From positions 1,302,001 to 1,366,000 of the forward strand of contig OZ076409.1 of assembly GCA_964187785.1 (NCBI GenBank): 64,000 nucleotides of DNA, given 5' to 3'. The translations under genes were made by a program, and so were the position numbers. The stretch's first letter is position 1. Every line of letters starts with the position of its first letter. The notes under the pieces were generated by a model. It had not been told where the DNA came from, made no database searches, and saw only the letters and a program-made list of their open reading frames with translations. This document shows, one piece after another, positions 25,476-39,900 of this stretch. This DNA comes from Amphiscolops sp. MND2022. Its lineage: Eukaryota.

Positions 25476-27703
25476 TGTCACAGCCCGCTCCCGGTCTGGC
25501 TTGTGGTTGCGGACGACTGAAAATCGGGAGAGGACATGGAGGTAATCTGAGAATCCCAAATTCTTATTTTAACTGGTAACTCTAAAACTAACGTAAAATA
25601 AACTGTGACTTGAAATGCAAAATACGTTCTGTTCAACGGAATTTTCAAAAAAAACTAGCTACAAAGGATGAAAGAACTAAAATGATTTCACGCATTTCCG
25701 GTAAGACGTGTTCGCCACGTCAAAATAGCAACATTCGCCACCAGAAAACTAAATTAAAATACTTTCTAAAACAAGGAAATCATAGTCTAATCTAAATGAA
25801 AACGTAGTCAAAATCATCTCCCAAAAGAACATCAATCAGATCTAAAATAGAAAATACACTGAGATTGCACACCAAAGAAAATAAGCTTTTTCTAAGAAAG
25901 GCAGCTTAATTACTCTTTGAACAGCAATTAGTGTGGTTTAGGACGTCAAGATTACGCTGAGTAAACAAAACAGCGGAGAAAATAAGAATACATGTATATT
26001 TGTCGTCAGTAAGACATAGACAAGTTTGAAGGTATACCAATTGACGTCACTGCCTCGTCTATGCGTACCAGAAAATCATTCCAATTATCCGCCTATACTA
26101 ATAGCATTACTAGAAATCATTCCAATCAATTTACCGCCACTGTGACGTCACAGCGCCGGCAGCTAGCTAAGAAGCCTTTCTTAAGAAACTCGTCAGTATT
26201 GCGTCAAACTAGTCAAAATCTCTACTCTGCCAAGAAAACTCGTCAACATGACGTTGACAAGTTTTTGAAATTGGATGATTTAGGTAAATTCCCTCTATTA
26301 AACTAAAGAAATTACGCTAAAGTAACGTTAAGAACCCATCAAATTCAATTGTTTTAATCTGTCTTGGATAGGGAAATGGATATTTATCCAAATAGGATCA
26401 AATGGAGAAAATATCTGTTCGGAGCCAGTCCTAATTAAAAATGAAGGAAGAACGGTTTGCGTCAGTCTTACGATAATTATAATATCGTTCACCTGAAAAT
26501 ACGACAGGGGATGTTTTCTAATTGAAATTTTTCAGTATTCTACATGAATAAAAGTCACAGTTTATTCTCTTGTTATTAAACAAGTAACCATGGTTTTGCT
26601 ACATGAGATCTTTTTCTACTCTCCAACAGTGTCTTGAAGTCTAGATTTGCTACCTGTTAATCTGCACTAGCTCATTTTGTATAACGTTAACTGTTATTTT
26701 TCATGAATACGATCATCAGTGTTGAAGCGCATTAATAGCGTAAACGCTATATTTGATGTTTGTTGTTATTGTTATTACTTTTGTAAAACTTGTCGCACTT
26801 GTCGCGACATGCCAAGATTGTTGATGATGAATATATTTGGTACTGTGATCTTAATTTTGTCCCTAACGAAAAGAAAGAGTCCAAATTCATAAAAATATTG
26901 TTCCTAGCATCGTTTTAGTAATCATAATTTGGAAGTTACTCATATTTTTGCTCATGCTGAAATTCAAAATCAGGTATTAGTTGTTCACGTCAGCGTCATC
27001 TCAGCGTCAATTTCCCGCGAACCAAAGCAGTAAAACAGGGAAGCATTTCCGGTTTGACAGACTGAAGTAATATCTACTTCCTGCTTGGGAGGAAGCAAAA
27101 GGACGCCGGGATGAAATGATATGATCATGTTTGATGACTAATACTAAATGAAGTTCGTCGTGTCTTAAAATTTGACGAAATACCGACGCAAATTTGAGAT
27201 CTTCGTGATTTTTTCATCGGCAAAACAGGAAGTGACTAATTGTTCAAGGACAATTAGGGATAATAGTCGTAATCAAATGATGCTGGGAGGGTATAAATAC
27301 GGTAAAATTTGATGATTAAGGGACTCAGTCTTTTCCAATTGTGAAAATCAGTTATCTCATAACTTGTTCAATTTTCCAATTGAGTGCAATTCCTAGAACT
27401 AGTTTCCGAAAATCTTCCAGGTTCATCCGTGAACTTAGTCCAAGTGAAGTGATTCGCCCGGATGTTCGTTGTCTCGTGGAAACTATTTCCTTCGGTTCGC
27501 AACAATACCTTGTTACTTTCATCGATATCTCCATTTCCTTTGCTTGTGATGTCTCATGAAGAATAAATTTGAACCTTTAGCTTCAATTGGGACGGATTTC
27601 ATCAATTTTGTTTCAATGAATGCATGTGTCTGTGATTAATCTTTTCGCTCACAGTCGAAGCAAGCATACCGTTCGCGATCCAGTGGGATGCGAGGTCAGA
27701 CAA

Positions 27704-28503
27704 CCCAGATTTTCGATCTTTGCGAATCTGTGCAGATCTGCAGGGTTTTTGCAGAACTTTGCAGATATGTGCAGATTCGAAGAAAATCGACCTTCTCAGA
27801 AACACAATAAAACCCCCACAGCAATGTCAAACGAATAATAATGTGTAAAACTTGAAAGAAATCTCATTCACGTCAAAATTATGAAACATTTTTCTGCAGC
27901 AATCTGTACAGATCTGTAGAGATTACAGATCTTTACAGATCCAAACAATGACCAAGAAATTACTAGAGTTATTCTTAGTTACCTGAAATTACTAAAATTA
28001 CTCCAACAAACCATGTTCCCGAAATATTACAACAACACGTTATCAACACATCTACCAATCCAGAAGGTTGCCACATGTCAAAACAAAGTCAATATGACAA
28101 ACAAGCCTCTCAAAGTTCAACAACCACTTCTGGAAAGTTCAAGTGAAATGGATAAATTACGGTGTATAACCAATACGGCGCATTCTCCAGTCACCAAAAT
28201 TACCGTGATGGGGACAATTTTTTCTTGAGAATTTTGAGTGATCGAGAGTATCAACTGACTGAGCCTTGGTCGGCTAAAATAGTTCATAAAATAATTGAAA
28301 AAGTTCAAAAATGCAGTATAATGGTTCCTTAAAAGCTGCAGAAAAACATATTTTGGCAAAAATCTTTTTTAAAAAAATGTACACTTCTGTAGAGATCTCA
28401 CAGATCTGTATAGATCTTCAAGATTCAGCGCAACGATCTTTGCAGAACCCTGCAGAAAAAATCCTGCAGATCTGCACAGATTCGCAAATATCGAAAACCT
28501 GGG
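27704..28503. mobile_element. CCC...GGG non-autonomous DNA transposon (CMC/EnSpm-like), 2-bp TSD AA
   Basis: TIR CCCAGATTTTCGA...TCGAAAACCTGGG with subterminal GCAGATCT repeats. Confidence 0.8.
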
Positions 28504-28541
28504 AATTACGTTACTCGCCAACAGGAGACAACATTGCAAAC

Positions 28542-29170
28542 TAGGCGAACCATGAAAAACGGAACGCATGAAATTGTTTGAGCTCTCGAAGTTTCACTAT
28601 TTTGTCAACAAATGTTGTCAGTCATTATATTTAACAATTCTATTTTTCTTCGAAGCCCAGAAACTTTCACACATCAAAAGTGTGAATGAAAAGACTGGTT
28701 AAAATGGCTCGACTGTTTTGAATGTTGTTGACAGAGAAAGTGAAAGATTACCAGTGTCTTGTTTACAAACTTTGCGCGTTCCGCTTCTTTGGTTCACCTA
28801 CTAGGTGAACCAAAAAAAACGGAACGCACAAAAATTTTCGCTCTCCAAAATTGTAATTATTGTAAACAAGGCTCAAAAAATTGTCCAGTCAATCTTTCAA
28901 ATCGGAGCTCTCACTACATGATCAAATCTTCAACAAAAGATGATTTGAACCCTCAGTGAAATTCTAGACATCTTTACCAGTCTCTTCGTTCGCACTTCTG
29001 AAGACTGAAAGTTCTTTGACAGTCCAATGTGTGAAAGCAATGTTGTCAAATTGAATGATTGACAAGCTGAATTTCAGCGTTCAAAGTTGTTTTGAAACAT
29101 TTTGTTGACAAACATTTGACATTTTGAGGGCACAAAATATTCTGTGCGTTCCGTTTTTTTGGTTCACCTA
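28542..29170. mobile_element. Two abutting MITEs with TAGGTGAACCAAAAAAACGGAACGCA-type TIRs
   Basis: Copy 1 spans 28542-28800 and copy 2 spans 28802-29170; each is closed by TTGGTTCACCTA. Confidence 0.75.
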
Positions 29171-29669
29171 ATAGTACATCTTGACAGTCGGTTCTGCGAT
29201 GAACTCTAAATTACAAACATGATTGATCAAATGATGCTGTTCGAAGTACCTGCCAAATCTTAGTATTCGATGATTCTTTCTGACCTTCAACACTTTCGTG
29301 TGAAACCTTCAGAGTTCAACAATTTCTGCACATTACTGATGTCTGACAAGAATGAATCTTGCAATTTAAACTCCTGTTCTATTCTTAAAATACCACCGAT
29401 AAAAAGTCTTTTGAAATTTGATGGTGTTAAACCTCGTGAAATAACAGTGCTTCAAACACGTTGGTTCTCCCCTTTCGTCCCCGCTTTTGCCATTGAGAAA
29501 TCTGTTCAAGCACTCGTGATTAAACTGCTGTTTCCGGTTGAATAAACTTGTGTGAAATACTAACTTTTTGAATCGCTAATTCGAACTTTGATATCAGTTT
29601 TCTAAACTTCACCGTCAATGTTCGTTTTCAAAGAACTTTCATTTGATTTCTAGTTAACGTTTATGTAGA

Positions 29670-30035
29670 AACAAGCCGGGAACGGCCCAAGTTGGCGCCA
29701 AATCTAAGGCTCAATAAAAGCAAAAGGACTTCAAAGTGTCAAGTATTTTCTTCTACAATACCCGCATGAAGAGAAAAGTGAAAAAAAAATCCGAATTTTT
29801 TTAAAGAAATTTTTTTCAAAATATTTTTTGGTCCCCGGGAAGTCGCATAGTGCCGAAAAATGTAAAAGGGGACCTCAAAAAAGCCTAATTAACCTCTATC
29901 TCAAGTGCCAGTAGAAGTAGTGTGGCATTTAGTGTTAGTTCAAGTCAGCTTATAAAGCTTATAAAATCTGTCACTCCGTTGGTCTCTAAAAAAGTCACTG
30001 CAAAAGCACTCTACGAAAAAGCGCCGACTAAAAAA
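29670..30035 (-). mobile_element. HINE family A copy
   Basis: Plus strand AACAAGCCGGGAACGGC...GCGCCGACTAAAA, the reverse of the family A termini. Confidence 0.7.
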
Positions 30036-30998
30036 AAGTCACCACTATTGTCAGACCGACTAAAAACGGGTCGCTTTAATATTCGCGGTACGTTTTGTAT
30101 GCATGACGGCAGGTTGAAATTTTTTCTCGCAGGTTCAAACAGGTATTTCAAGTAGTTCTCTTTAAATTGACGTTGAGAGTCTCGAAAGTCAGGGTGGTTG
30201 GGAATCGAAAGAGAAAATCTTTTCAACAGGTCTCGGATGTTGAGTTGTGTGCTGTGCCAGTGTAATGGAGTAAATTGAGTTGAACTTTTCTGGTTCCAGC
30301 TATTGGGACAACTACCGACAAATATTCCTTTTTCCTCATCAACTTGGCATGAAAACTAGCGTCAATTATACGAAGGCAGACTTAAAAGTTGTAGCAGAAG
30401 TGTTTTTTGCTGTTGTCTTATAACTGATTATAATAATTTTAGTAAGTTCAAACGATTGTAAGTCATTAAAAATTAAAAACAGAAGTAAACAGACTGTAAT
30501 GTCTTATTGTGACTAGCTTTTGCAGTTAGATACTTTAGTAAAGGCTTTTAATTGCATGAAGTTATTGATTTTGATACCTAGAGACATCAAAAAGTACAGC
30601 AAAAAAGTAAAAACTCACCTGGATCTAATAAACATCAATTATATCCTGGAGAGCAAGGCACTGGTTGATATTTTTTTACCGAAGTTCCCCCTTTTGAACT
30701 CAATTTTCCTTTCCTTTAGTAGCGGCTTTCAAGGGCAAAAGTTTTTATAAGAGTGGTAAGGCTCATTTTAATGTCCTGTTTAGATGTAAGTTCCACAATA
30801 CACTTGTTTTTCATTTCATTTACTATCTAATGAAATAAAATCACTCAACTTAACTTTTTTGATGGTCACCTGAGAAACCGTTGAAGTCAACTGACTTTCT
30901 TCTTGCAGTGCTCTGAAGTCATGAACTTCAGAGTCATGGGATGTTGACCTCTGTCTTCTTCATTGCCCTTTGACCTCTGCGAGTTTGACCCCCGAGAG

Positions 30999-33900
30999 AT
31001 GTCACTGAGGGTATCCGAGTACCAGAGGACTGTCAGTGACGTCATCAGTTGGTACCAGGACAGGGCCCTCTCTACACGCATTCTGCTCCTACACCCCACA
31101 GGTAGTAGAATCCCAGCGTTTGACATCTTGAATATCTTGCCAAGATCTTGCCAAGAAAATCTTGAATTCTTGAACATCTTGCAAAGATCTTAGATTTTAT
31201 CTTGACATCTTGAATTTCTTGGTAAGATCTTGGATTTCATCTTAGATATTTTGACAAGATCTTGGATTTCATCTTGGATATCTTGACAAGATCTTGGATT
31301 CTATCTTGGATTTCTTCGAAGATCTTGCCAGAACTTGCAAAATCTTGACAAGATCTTGGAAGATCTTGGCAAGATACAAGATATTCAAGATGTCGAACGC
31401 TGGGATCCTATGAGACTATTGGATGACGCAATCATCCTCTTAACGGCTTTTTTCTGTAACCCCCCTACCACCACCGAAATTTTTTTGTTTGGAATTTAAT
31501 GAAAATCTGATAACAAAAAGACTTGAATACAAACTAGAGAGCTTCAATTTTAAATTTATTCTAACTTGTTGTTAATAAAAACTTGATTTGACAAATTCTA
31601 ACTGATTTTGACAAATTTTCACCATGATGCTTCTTCTGATGTCTTCAATTGAAAAAAAGACAGCTGGAAACCAAATTAGTATATGAAACAAGTTATTTAT
31701 TCATCATGTAACTTTTACATCCCATACATTACTTTCCGAAACTCTCCCAAAGTAGAGTTGATTAAAGTTAGTTTTAGTTTAAAACGACCACTCAGCTTAT
31801 TACAGCGCTTTTCGCATGATTTACTTTCAAAACATTCTTTGTACAGTTGAAAACATGGCGTTTCTGAGGCAATGATATCAAGAACTAGATTGGTAGCCGT
31901 CAGGAAACTTTAGTTTTGCACGACTCTGTGCAACTTTTGTTCGAATGCCGGTTAATATCGTGGTTGAAGAGATCCATCCTTTTTTGTGAACAATTTCTGC
32001 AGATTTACATGAATATAAAGCTGCAACACGCTCGAAAACATAGTTGTAGGCGACCTAGCTTTTTTCAATCTGAGAGATTTTAATATTTTTCCGTCAAAAG
32101 TGAAGTAAAATAAACCAAAAGATGTCAAAACGTCCAATTTGTGAAGTTGGTGGTATAGTTGTTTGAGCATTAGAATTGTTTGGTGCGACAATTGGAACTT
32201 GTTCTCAATTTTCTCTCAATTTGTCAGCGTGGTTTCTAGGCGAAGTCGTACACACTAATTTAGTGAAGTGATTCTGGCAAAAATTCAGCAGAGAAAATAG
32301 CTAAGCAAGTCCCTACGATTACGTCTTCATGCCGATCATTGCGTGAATACTTGGCTGCAAATGTGATACCGACGCTTTTTATGGCGAAATGTTTTTTCTG
32401 TGGGCACCGGCTTTGAAACTGCCTATTCGAGATCGAACCGACCGTTTTTTGACCGAAATTGTTTTTATTATTTGTCAATTTTCAACTGTTTTTAGTCGGC
32501 GCATTTTAACAAAATGAGCCCGACTTTTACAGTGGCAAGTTTTTTTCTTTTTTTTTTCGTCAGACAACAGAATTTATGCGTAGTGGACACTTTTTCTACG
32601 GAACTACTAAACTACTGGACCGCCAAACAGGAACGCATCTAAGTTAGTGCAAAGGGTCCCCCCTTTCGTGTTCCTAATTTTTAACGTAAGATACAAAACC
32701 GGACGGGACTACAGTGTCCCCCTTTGAAGTTTTTTCGGCACTGTGCGACTTTTTCGAATTTTTTGTCGCCGAAGGGTCCCCCTTCAAGTGTTTTGATATT
32801 TTGCAGCAAACTGAAGTTTCAAAAAGCCCAAAAGGTCCCCCTTTCCAGTTTTTCGGCACTGTGAGACTGTTTCAAAATTCTCATTTTTCGTTTTTCTCCA
32901 AAGGGCCCCTCCAATTTTTTTTTGATATTTTGCAACAAACTGGATTTTCAAAAAGTCGAAAGGGTCCCCTCTTTTACAATTTTAAAAACTTTGCGCTTTT
33001 TGAGCCTTAGATATAGCACCGACTTTAGACGTTCCCGTCTTGTTTACATTCTTCTCACAATTTTTTGATGGTTTTGTGGACATGAGATTCCAGAAAGAGT
33101 TCAACAAGAAAACATTTAGCTGCTTAGCATACTGATATTCAGGGAAAATCAAGGGTTTATTGGAAAGGAGATAAAAAGAACCAAAAAGTCAACTTTGCAA
33201 CAAAGAAAAATACTGCAACTCTTTGGTATTTATGCTTTAAAAATGTCGCCGCCAAACGTTTTTGGGAAAGAAATGATCCCCATGCTGAGTTTTATCATTT
33301 TTTGTTGCCCAGGTGTCTTCAATTTGTTGAATTTTGCCATGATTCTTCGAAATATATTCAATTCACAGCAACGAGTGCAATTGATAATTTTCATTACTAA
33401 GATACCAATGGCGATTAGCTTTAGATTCATTTTTTCACATTTTCTTTTCAAATTGTATCGATTTAAGAGACCAAAACGTTCCTTTTTGTGTTCTCTAAAC
33501 ACTGGGTAACTTGATAAACTTTTCCACTCACAAGCGCCATTGTATGCCGTTCCCAACTTTGCTAATGTTGGTTCTCCCTTTCTTTCAAAACGATAACTTC
33601 ATAGTCAAACGCTTCATTACTGTTGTTTTCTAACACAAGAGGTATAAAACAAAGGTACTAAAACAATGTTTTCTTCCTCATGCAACTAAAATCTAAGTAT
33701 ATCAAAAACATAATAAATAGGTCTAGCAAAGTTCCATATCTGCAGTTCATTGTTTGTATACACTAACAAGTACTGCCTGTAACCGAAACTCGGTAGAGGT
33801 CATGACGGTTGGGCCGTATAACAATTATGACGTTCTATGTTTTTAGTCGGCGCATTTTAGTAGAAAATGTGCCCGACTATTACAGTGGGTAGTTTTTTAG

Positions 33901-36900
33901 ACACGTAAGGTCCACTTTTTTGTTCATTTGTTCAACAACATCAAACCTCAACAACTTCAAACCTCAACAACTCCAACCTCAGAAGCGCGTCCAAAACGAA
34001 AAGAAAAAACAGAACAGACGTCCACAACCTCGAAATCACACTAAAGATCCCCCCACTTTTTTTCGGAACTATGCGACTTTTTGAAACTTTTTGGATTGAA
34101 ATTTTTTCCCCAAAGGGTCCCCCCTTCAATTTTTTTTGATGTTTTGCAACACAATGGATGTCAAAAAATCGCAAAGGGTCCCCCCTTTTACATTTTTCGG
34201 CACTGTGACACTGTTCAAAAATCTCATTAAAAAATTTTTTTTGGGAAATTTTTTCATGTCTCCAAAGGGTCCCCCTTCAAGTTTTTTTAAATTTTTTGCA
34301 ACCAGCTGGAGTTTCACAAAGCCCGAAGGGTCCCCCTTTTAAATTTTGAGCCTTAGATATTGCGCCGACTTTGGCCGTTCTCGGCTTAATTGGTTTTGCA
34401 AGGTTTAAATACAAACATGCCCTAGTCGAACTGTCGGAAAGTTGCCCATATTGCATCCATGCATGCGTTCTAACTTTTTGATAAACATAAAAAATATCAA
34501 AAGCACACATGGAGAAAGTTTGTAGGATTACAATGCAGTTTCCACTATTTCAATCAAAACTGAAAACTTTTCCTCTTCCTCACCGCTGCGATCACTTTGA
34601 TTTCACGCGTAAGATTCTCGAGTGTGTATCTTATGTAATCACCGTTAGTCAAATAGCACGCTCAATATGACGCTAGTTGGAAACTTATATTTTACCTAAA
34701 GTTTGTTTGCATTGTAATCGCGGTAAAATTATTGAGGTCACAGCTGCTTTCAAAAGAAGAATTGTTCCTCAATGAAGCCTGCAAAACTTTGCGGCGCAAA
34801 ATTGCCGCCAAATTTAGGATGCATCTTTTAGGCAGCTTGATAAACCTAAATTGAATCAGTGAATTAATGCAACTCCAATTCGTCGAACATTCAAATCGGC
34901 GAAAAATGAAAAGCTATTCAATGCGTCGAAAGAATTCCATATCAGCGATTATTTTCATTTGGTTATATTTTGTGGCGATTAGCATATTTGTTGTATGGTT
35001 CGGTCGCTTCACTCCCTTCGCCAAGTAGCAATATTGAGGCATGACCATATGGCACGTCGCTCCGCTTCGCTTCGCTCCTGCATTTAGGGCACTAGGAGTA
35101 TGTGAACATAGCTGACTACGTTATCGTAATTTTGAATGCTCGAATCTGATTGGCCTAAATCAATTCATTCCATTACGTCATACCATGCTCGCTAAATTAT
35201 TTCGTGTTCGACGAATTGAAGAGTCTCCCAGTGAATTGCAGGTCCCGCTGGGTTTGTGTTGATGGACACCGAAGATGAGCAGAAGTACAAAGTTCTCTTG
35301 GGCGACCCTCACATCTGTTCGTGCAAGACCTTCAAGAAAGAGAAAGTGCCTTGCAAACACATCTGCTGGATTTTGCTCAAAAAGTTCAAAGTGCCAAGGT
35401 CAGCAGTAATTGGAAATAGTGTGAACGAAATCGTCAAAGTTTCATCCCGATAGCGCTATTTAAAGCCTGCCTGTTAAAACACGATGACGAGCTTGATCGG
35501 AGGAAAGAATGGACCATGTTTCTTACACCCCTCCACATAAACCTTGTTTCGAACAACCCCCCCCCCCAAACGAAAGAACGTTGTATTCCTGATTAAATTT
35601 TTTTCACTAATGAGAGAAAATTGTATCAATTTAAATCCAGTACTGTGATTAAGAAAACGTTCCCCGAGCGATTTTAGGCTCGATTTTCTCGAAATTGGTT
35701 GAGAATTTTGAAAAACATCAGAAATAAAAGTTTCTTAGAATGAATTTTATCTTGTTTATACTAGTGGTTTTTTTCAATTTTTGGGGACAAAAATTGAGGA
35801 AGTTAAAAATAGAGGATTTTGAGCAAAATTGGGACTTTTTGCCGGTTTTTCCAAATTTTGACCGCTTTATCCACACTTTTTTAATAAGTTTTACGCTCAA
35901 TTAACTCCCACAAACCTACTGAATTCATTGATGTACTTTGATTTCAAAATAGATCAACAGTTTCCGAATTATCAGGCTCAAAAGATAAAATTTCCTCAAT
36001 TAACGTGAATTTCACTTGATACGCTAATCAAAATTGAAAGTGAGAGCAAATGAACTATTTTGATTGGCTGAGAACGTCATAGGGGCTCGGGCGATTTCTT
36101 AACCACGGTACTGTACTTGGAGAACCGTCTCAACACCTTTTTTATTCTTCCAGCAAAGAATGACAGTTTTTTGTTATTATTGTCCAAAATAGTGATAATT
36201 CGCGCTTGGAACAAGCTAAAATTGTATAAAAAAGGTCCCTTTTTCAACGCAAATTTTCTTCGCAACAAAAAAATTACCAATTTTTAACTGTGAGTTAATG
36301 GAAAAGATAGGATTATGTCGACATCAAGTATTAAATATCGACATAATCTTGAATGAAGTTTCACTGACCAAAATTTTAAAGCGAACAACGTCGACATAAT
36401 GGTATATGAACCTTGTTTCGGACCATGTCATCTATTTCCCCCCAAACTGCGGCGGGGGGGGGGGGGGTGAAATAAGACAGAAGGTTCAAATACCGTTATG
36501 TCGACATTGTTTGCTCTGACATTTTGGTCCAATAAAATAGTTGATGTCGACATAATCCTATTCATTACATTGACTGTCAGTTGAAAGTTGCTCATTAAAT
36601 TTTATAGCGGACAAAAGTTGCGCAGAAATAGAGGCCTTTTTATACGATTTTAGCTTGTTCCAAACGTGAATATCTGCTATTTTGGACAATAATATCAAAA
36701 AATTAGGGTATTTTTTTAACCTGAAGTGTCCAAACAGTTGTGGAGACAATCCTCTAAGTATTCACATTCATATGATATTCTCTTATTAGCGAAATATTTT
36801 TATTCTAGAATAAAATGTGCTTTCGTGTTGGGAGGGGGGATATTCCTACCAAGGTGTACCTGGGGGGTAATAGATGACATGGTCGCATGTTTCTTCTTAC

Positions 36901-39900
36901 CTCAGTAAATTAAATTTCGGAAGCCTTTCCACAAAAGATTTTTAATGGCGGCGTGATCTTTGTTGCAGGACAGATCCGATTAGCTTTCAGCACGGTCTAG
37001 TCGAGAGAGAGCTCCAAGCAGTTTTGAGTGGGTTCTACTACAAGAAAACTATTGCAGAAAAGAAAACCACCACCCCAGCTACTTTACAACGTTAGTTCTT
37101 AAAGATGCGCCGTTGTGAACTTAGTTCTTCATTGCTGGCTGGAGGTAGCAATTGAATGCGAACTGCTGAACTGAAGAATAAACGATTGAAATTTTGTTAG
37201 AAAACTTTGAACTTTTTGTTTCATTATTTTGATTCTGACCAATTTAGACACAACAATTCCAAAAACTTAGAAAAACTGTCACAACTGTCAGCAAAACTAT
37301 GCTTTCATAAGTTCAAGCTGAAACCAAAATCAATCTCAAATACTACGTTCCAGGGTATATAATAATGTTTCCAAACATCTTTTCTAAAATCTTCATTTAT
37401 AATTGATACTTGAAAAGAAATTCCCCGGTTGACCCTCTTACTAGCATCTTGGCTGTCTTGGCAAGATCTTGCCAAATTCTTAGTACATCTTGGCAGCCAT
37501 GGATCCCATGGCAAGATTCTTATTAAGATCTTACTAAGATAATACTTATTCCAAGATCGTATCTTATCACGATGGACAAAATTTTAAGATTATTAAAAAA
37601 CACTATACCTTCGGTACAAGCAGCCGAGACTCAATCTAAAGGCTCATTTCACCCAACAACGACTATTTCTACTCGTTTTCATAATAAAAATGCTTAAACC
37701 TGCTGAAAAAATTTTGCATGCAAAAATGCGTGAAAAATTACGATAACGTAGTCTGGCTTCAGAAATTCTGACGAGAATCCTAATAATTCCTCACCTGTTT
37801 AAGACTGAAAAATGCCGAATGTACCAAATGAAAGGTAATGTCAAGGGCTTTTCAAAACTTGTAATTTATCATTCCTGTCGATTCCAGAGACGGAGAAATA
37901 TGCTCTCAAACGTCCAGATCCACTATCGGAAAGTTACAAAGGAAAGACCTTAAAATCTTGAAATTTTTGTAAAAATCATATTTCCAGCTTTCTTTGAGCC
38001 TGTTGAGCAGCCTTATTACTGCTAGAAACGGCGGTCATTGCTCTATTTTGGGTAATGATTCAGCTCAAGGCTTCTCTGACGCCGTTGTTGGCGACAGTTT
38101 TGCAATTGAAAGAACAATATCGATATCGAAATGGTTGTAAAAATCATTCAGTAATTTTGTTTTGAGTGATGTCTAAATTATTTTTGCATAACTCTTAATT
38201 TAATGGTTTTCTGATTTTACTTTCTCTCGATATCGAGCAGTTCGTAGCAATTTTTTTCTTGCCATATTCGGCTTCTTAGTTAGATTTTTCTTGCCATATT
38301 GGGCTTCTTAGTAAGATTTTTCTTGGAAACATGGCTCTCTTGATAAGATCTTACCATGGCATCTTGCAATTCTTGGCAATATCTTGTCACGATCTTAGCT
38401 AAGAATTTTCCAAGATCTTGGCAAGATCTTGCCAAGATCTTACTAAGATATCCATGGAGGGTCGACCCGGGTTGACGTGCGTGAACTTTTGGTAGCGTAC
38501 TGTCTACTGAAACCTGAAAACAACAAAAAATTCAGTTAAAAAAAGTAATTTTCAGGAGTCGGAAAAAATTTTCGACTACTTATGCAATCGTGACGTTTTT
38601 TTTCTCCCGACCTTTCAGTGAAAATTTCGAATTTCTCGAAAACTATCCTTACCATTTTTTTATGAAATTTGGCACAGTGATTCTACACCGAAAGGTGCTC
38701 CTGCGTGCACAATGGCAGCAAAATCGAACGACTGGGATCTGAGAAAGATAGTCAAAATTAGATTTTTCGATTTTCTCAAGAACTGTCCATACGATTGGAA
38801 CAAAATTTTTCAGTCATTCTACACCATATTAGGAACCTATGTGTGCAATCGTATGGCTGGGATCAGAGAAACATAGCTAACTTAGTCAAAAAATTACCAA
38901 TTGACAAAGTACGTGCTTTGTTTTTCAGTATTTTAATCCGTTTCCGACTCCTTTACCGCACATGCAGTTCTGATTGTTGTTTGCAATTAAGTAGAATTCA
39001 TTATTTTTCAAGAACATTTTTCAAGCCAAAATAATTTGATTGGTTCTCAGAAACAGCAGCGGCAGGCGATGACGGAGTTCTCCGCCAGAGGGCGATCGCA
39101 GAAGATGACAGTTGCCCCATCTGCCAAGAGGAGTTTCTGGGGGCAGGGACTAACAGTAGTAACAACTCACACGACGGGGGTTCGAAACCAGGAATGGCCA
39201 CCAAGTATTTAGAGTTTTTGGGATGAAACTGATGTTTTATAGTTTTTTTCGTAAAAAATACTTGTTCTATTCAAAATGCAAGCAATCTTCAACAAACCTC
39301 CCGGAGAAATGGTTAGTGTGCCGAAAGGTTTAACAAAGGAGGTTTTGAACCGTCTGCTGTTAAACGAACGTTCTTTGAAAATTGTTTTTTTTTACAAATT
39401 GAAAGTTTTTTTTAAAAAAGTGGACAAATATAAACTGGAACAATGTTTAAGATTTGCTATTCACACACATGTTCAAATTTGTTAGTCGTTGCTATCTAAA
39501 ACACGCAACGTTCTTGATCCAAAAAGGCTGAGAGATACCAAGAGTTTGAACGTATGTCTGAATGTTCAGAAAATACCGAATAATTTGTATTTGAGTTCGA
39601 ATATTTTTCAATATATTTTTGTTGGTCATTCCTGCCTCACCCCCCCCCCCCCCTTTACCCCCTTTATTCAGTGCCCCCTGCGGTCACCCATCACGAACCG
39701 GTCACTTACTGCAAATATGGGTGTGGTCAGAATGTCCATATAAGGTGCATGAAAGTATGGGCCACCTATCAGGTTAGAAATTGGAAGCAATGATTCATCA
39801 ATTAACTAACTGCGAAAAACAGCAGATAAAAACTTATAATTTATATAATACTTATACTTTATATTTATATATTTATATAAATTATTTTATATGAATTAAT

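Noticed and set aside
10119..30999. Functional cluster of two divergently transcribed ubiquitin-ligase genes
   Set aside because: They are about 21 kb apart with transposons between them, and nothing in the sequence indicates shared regulation.
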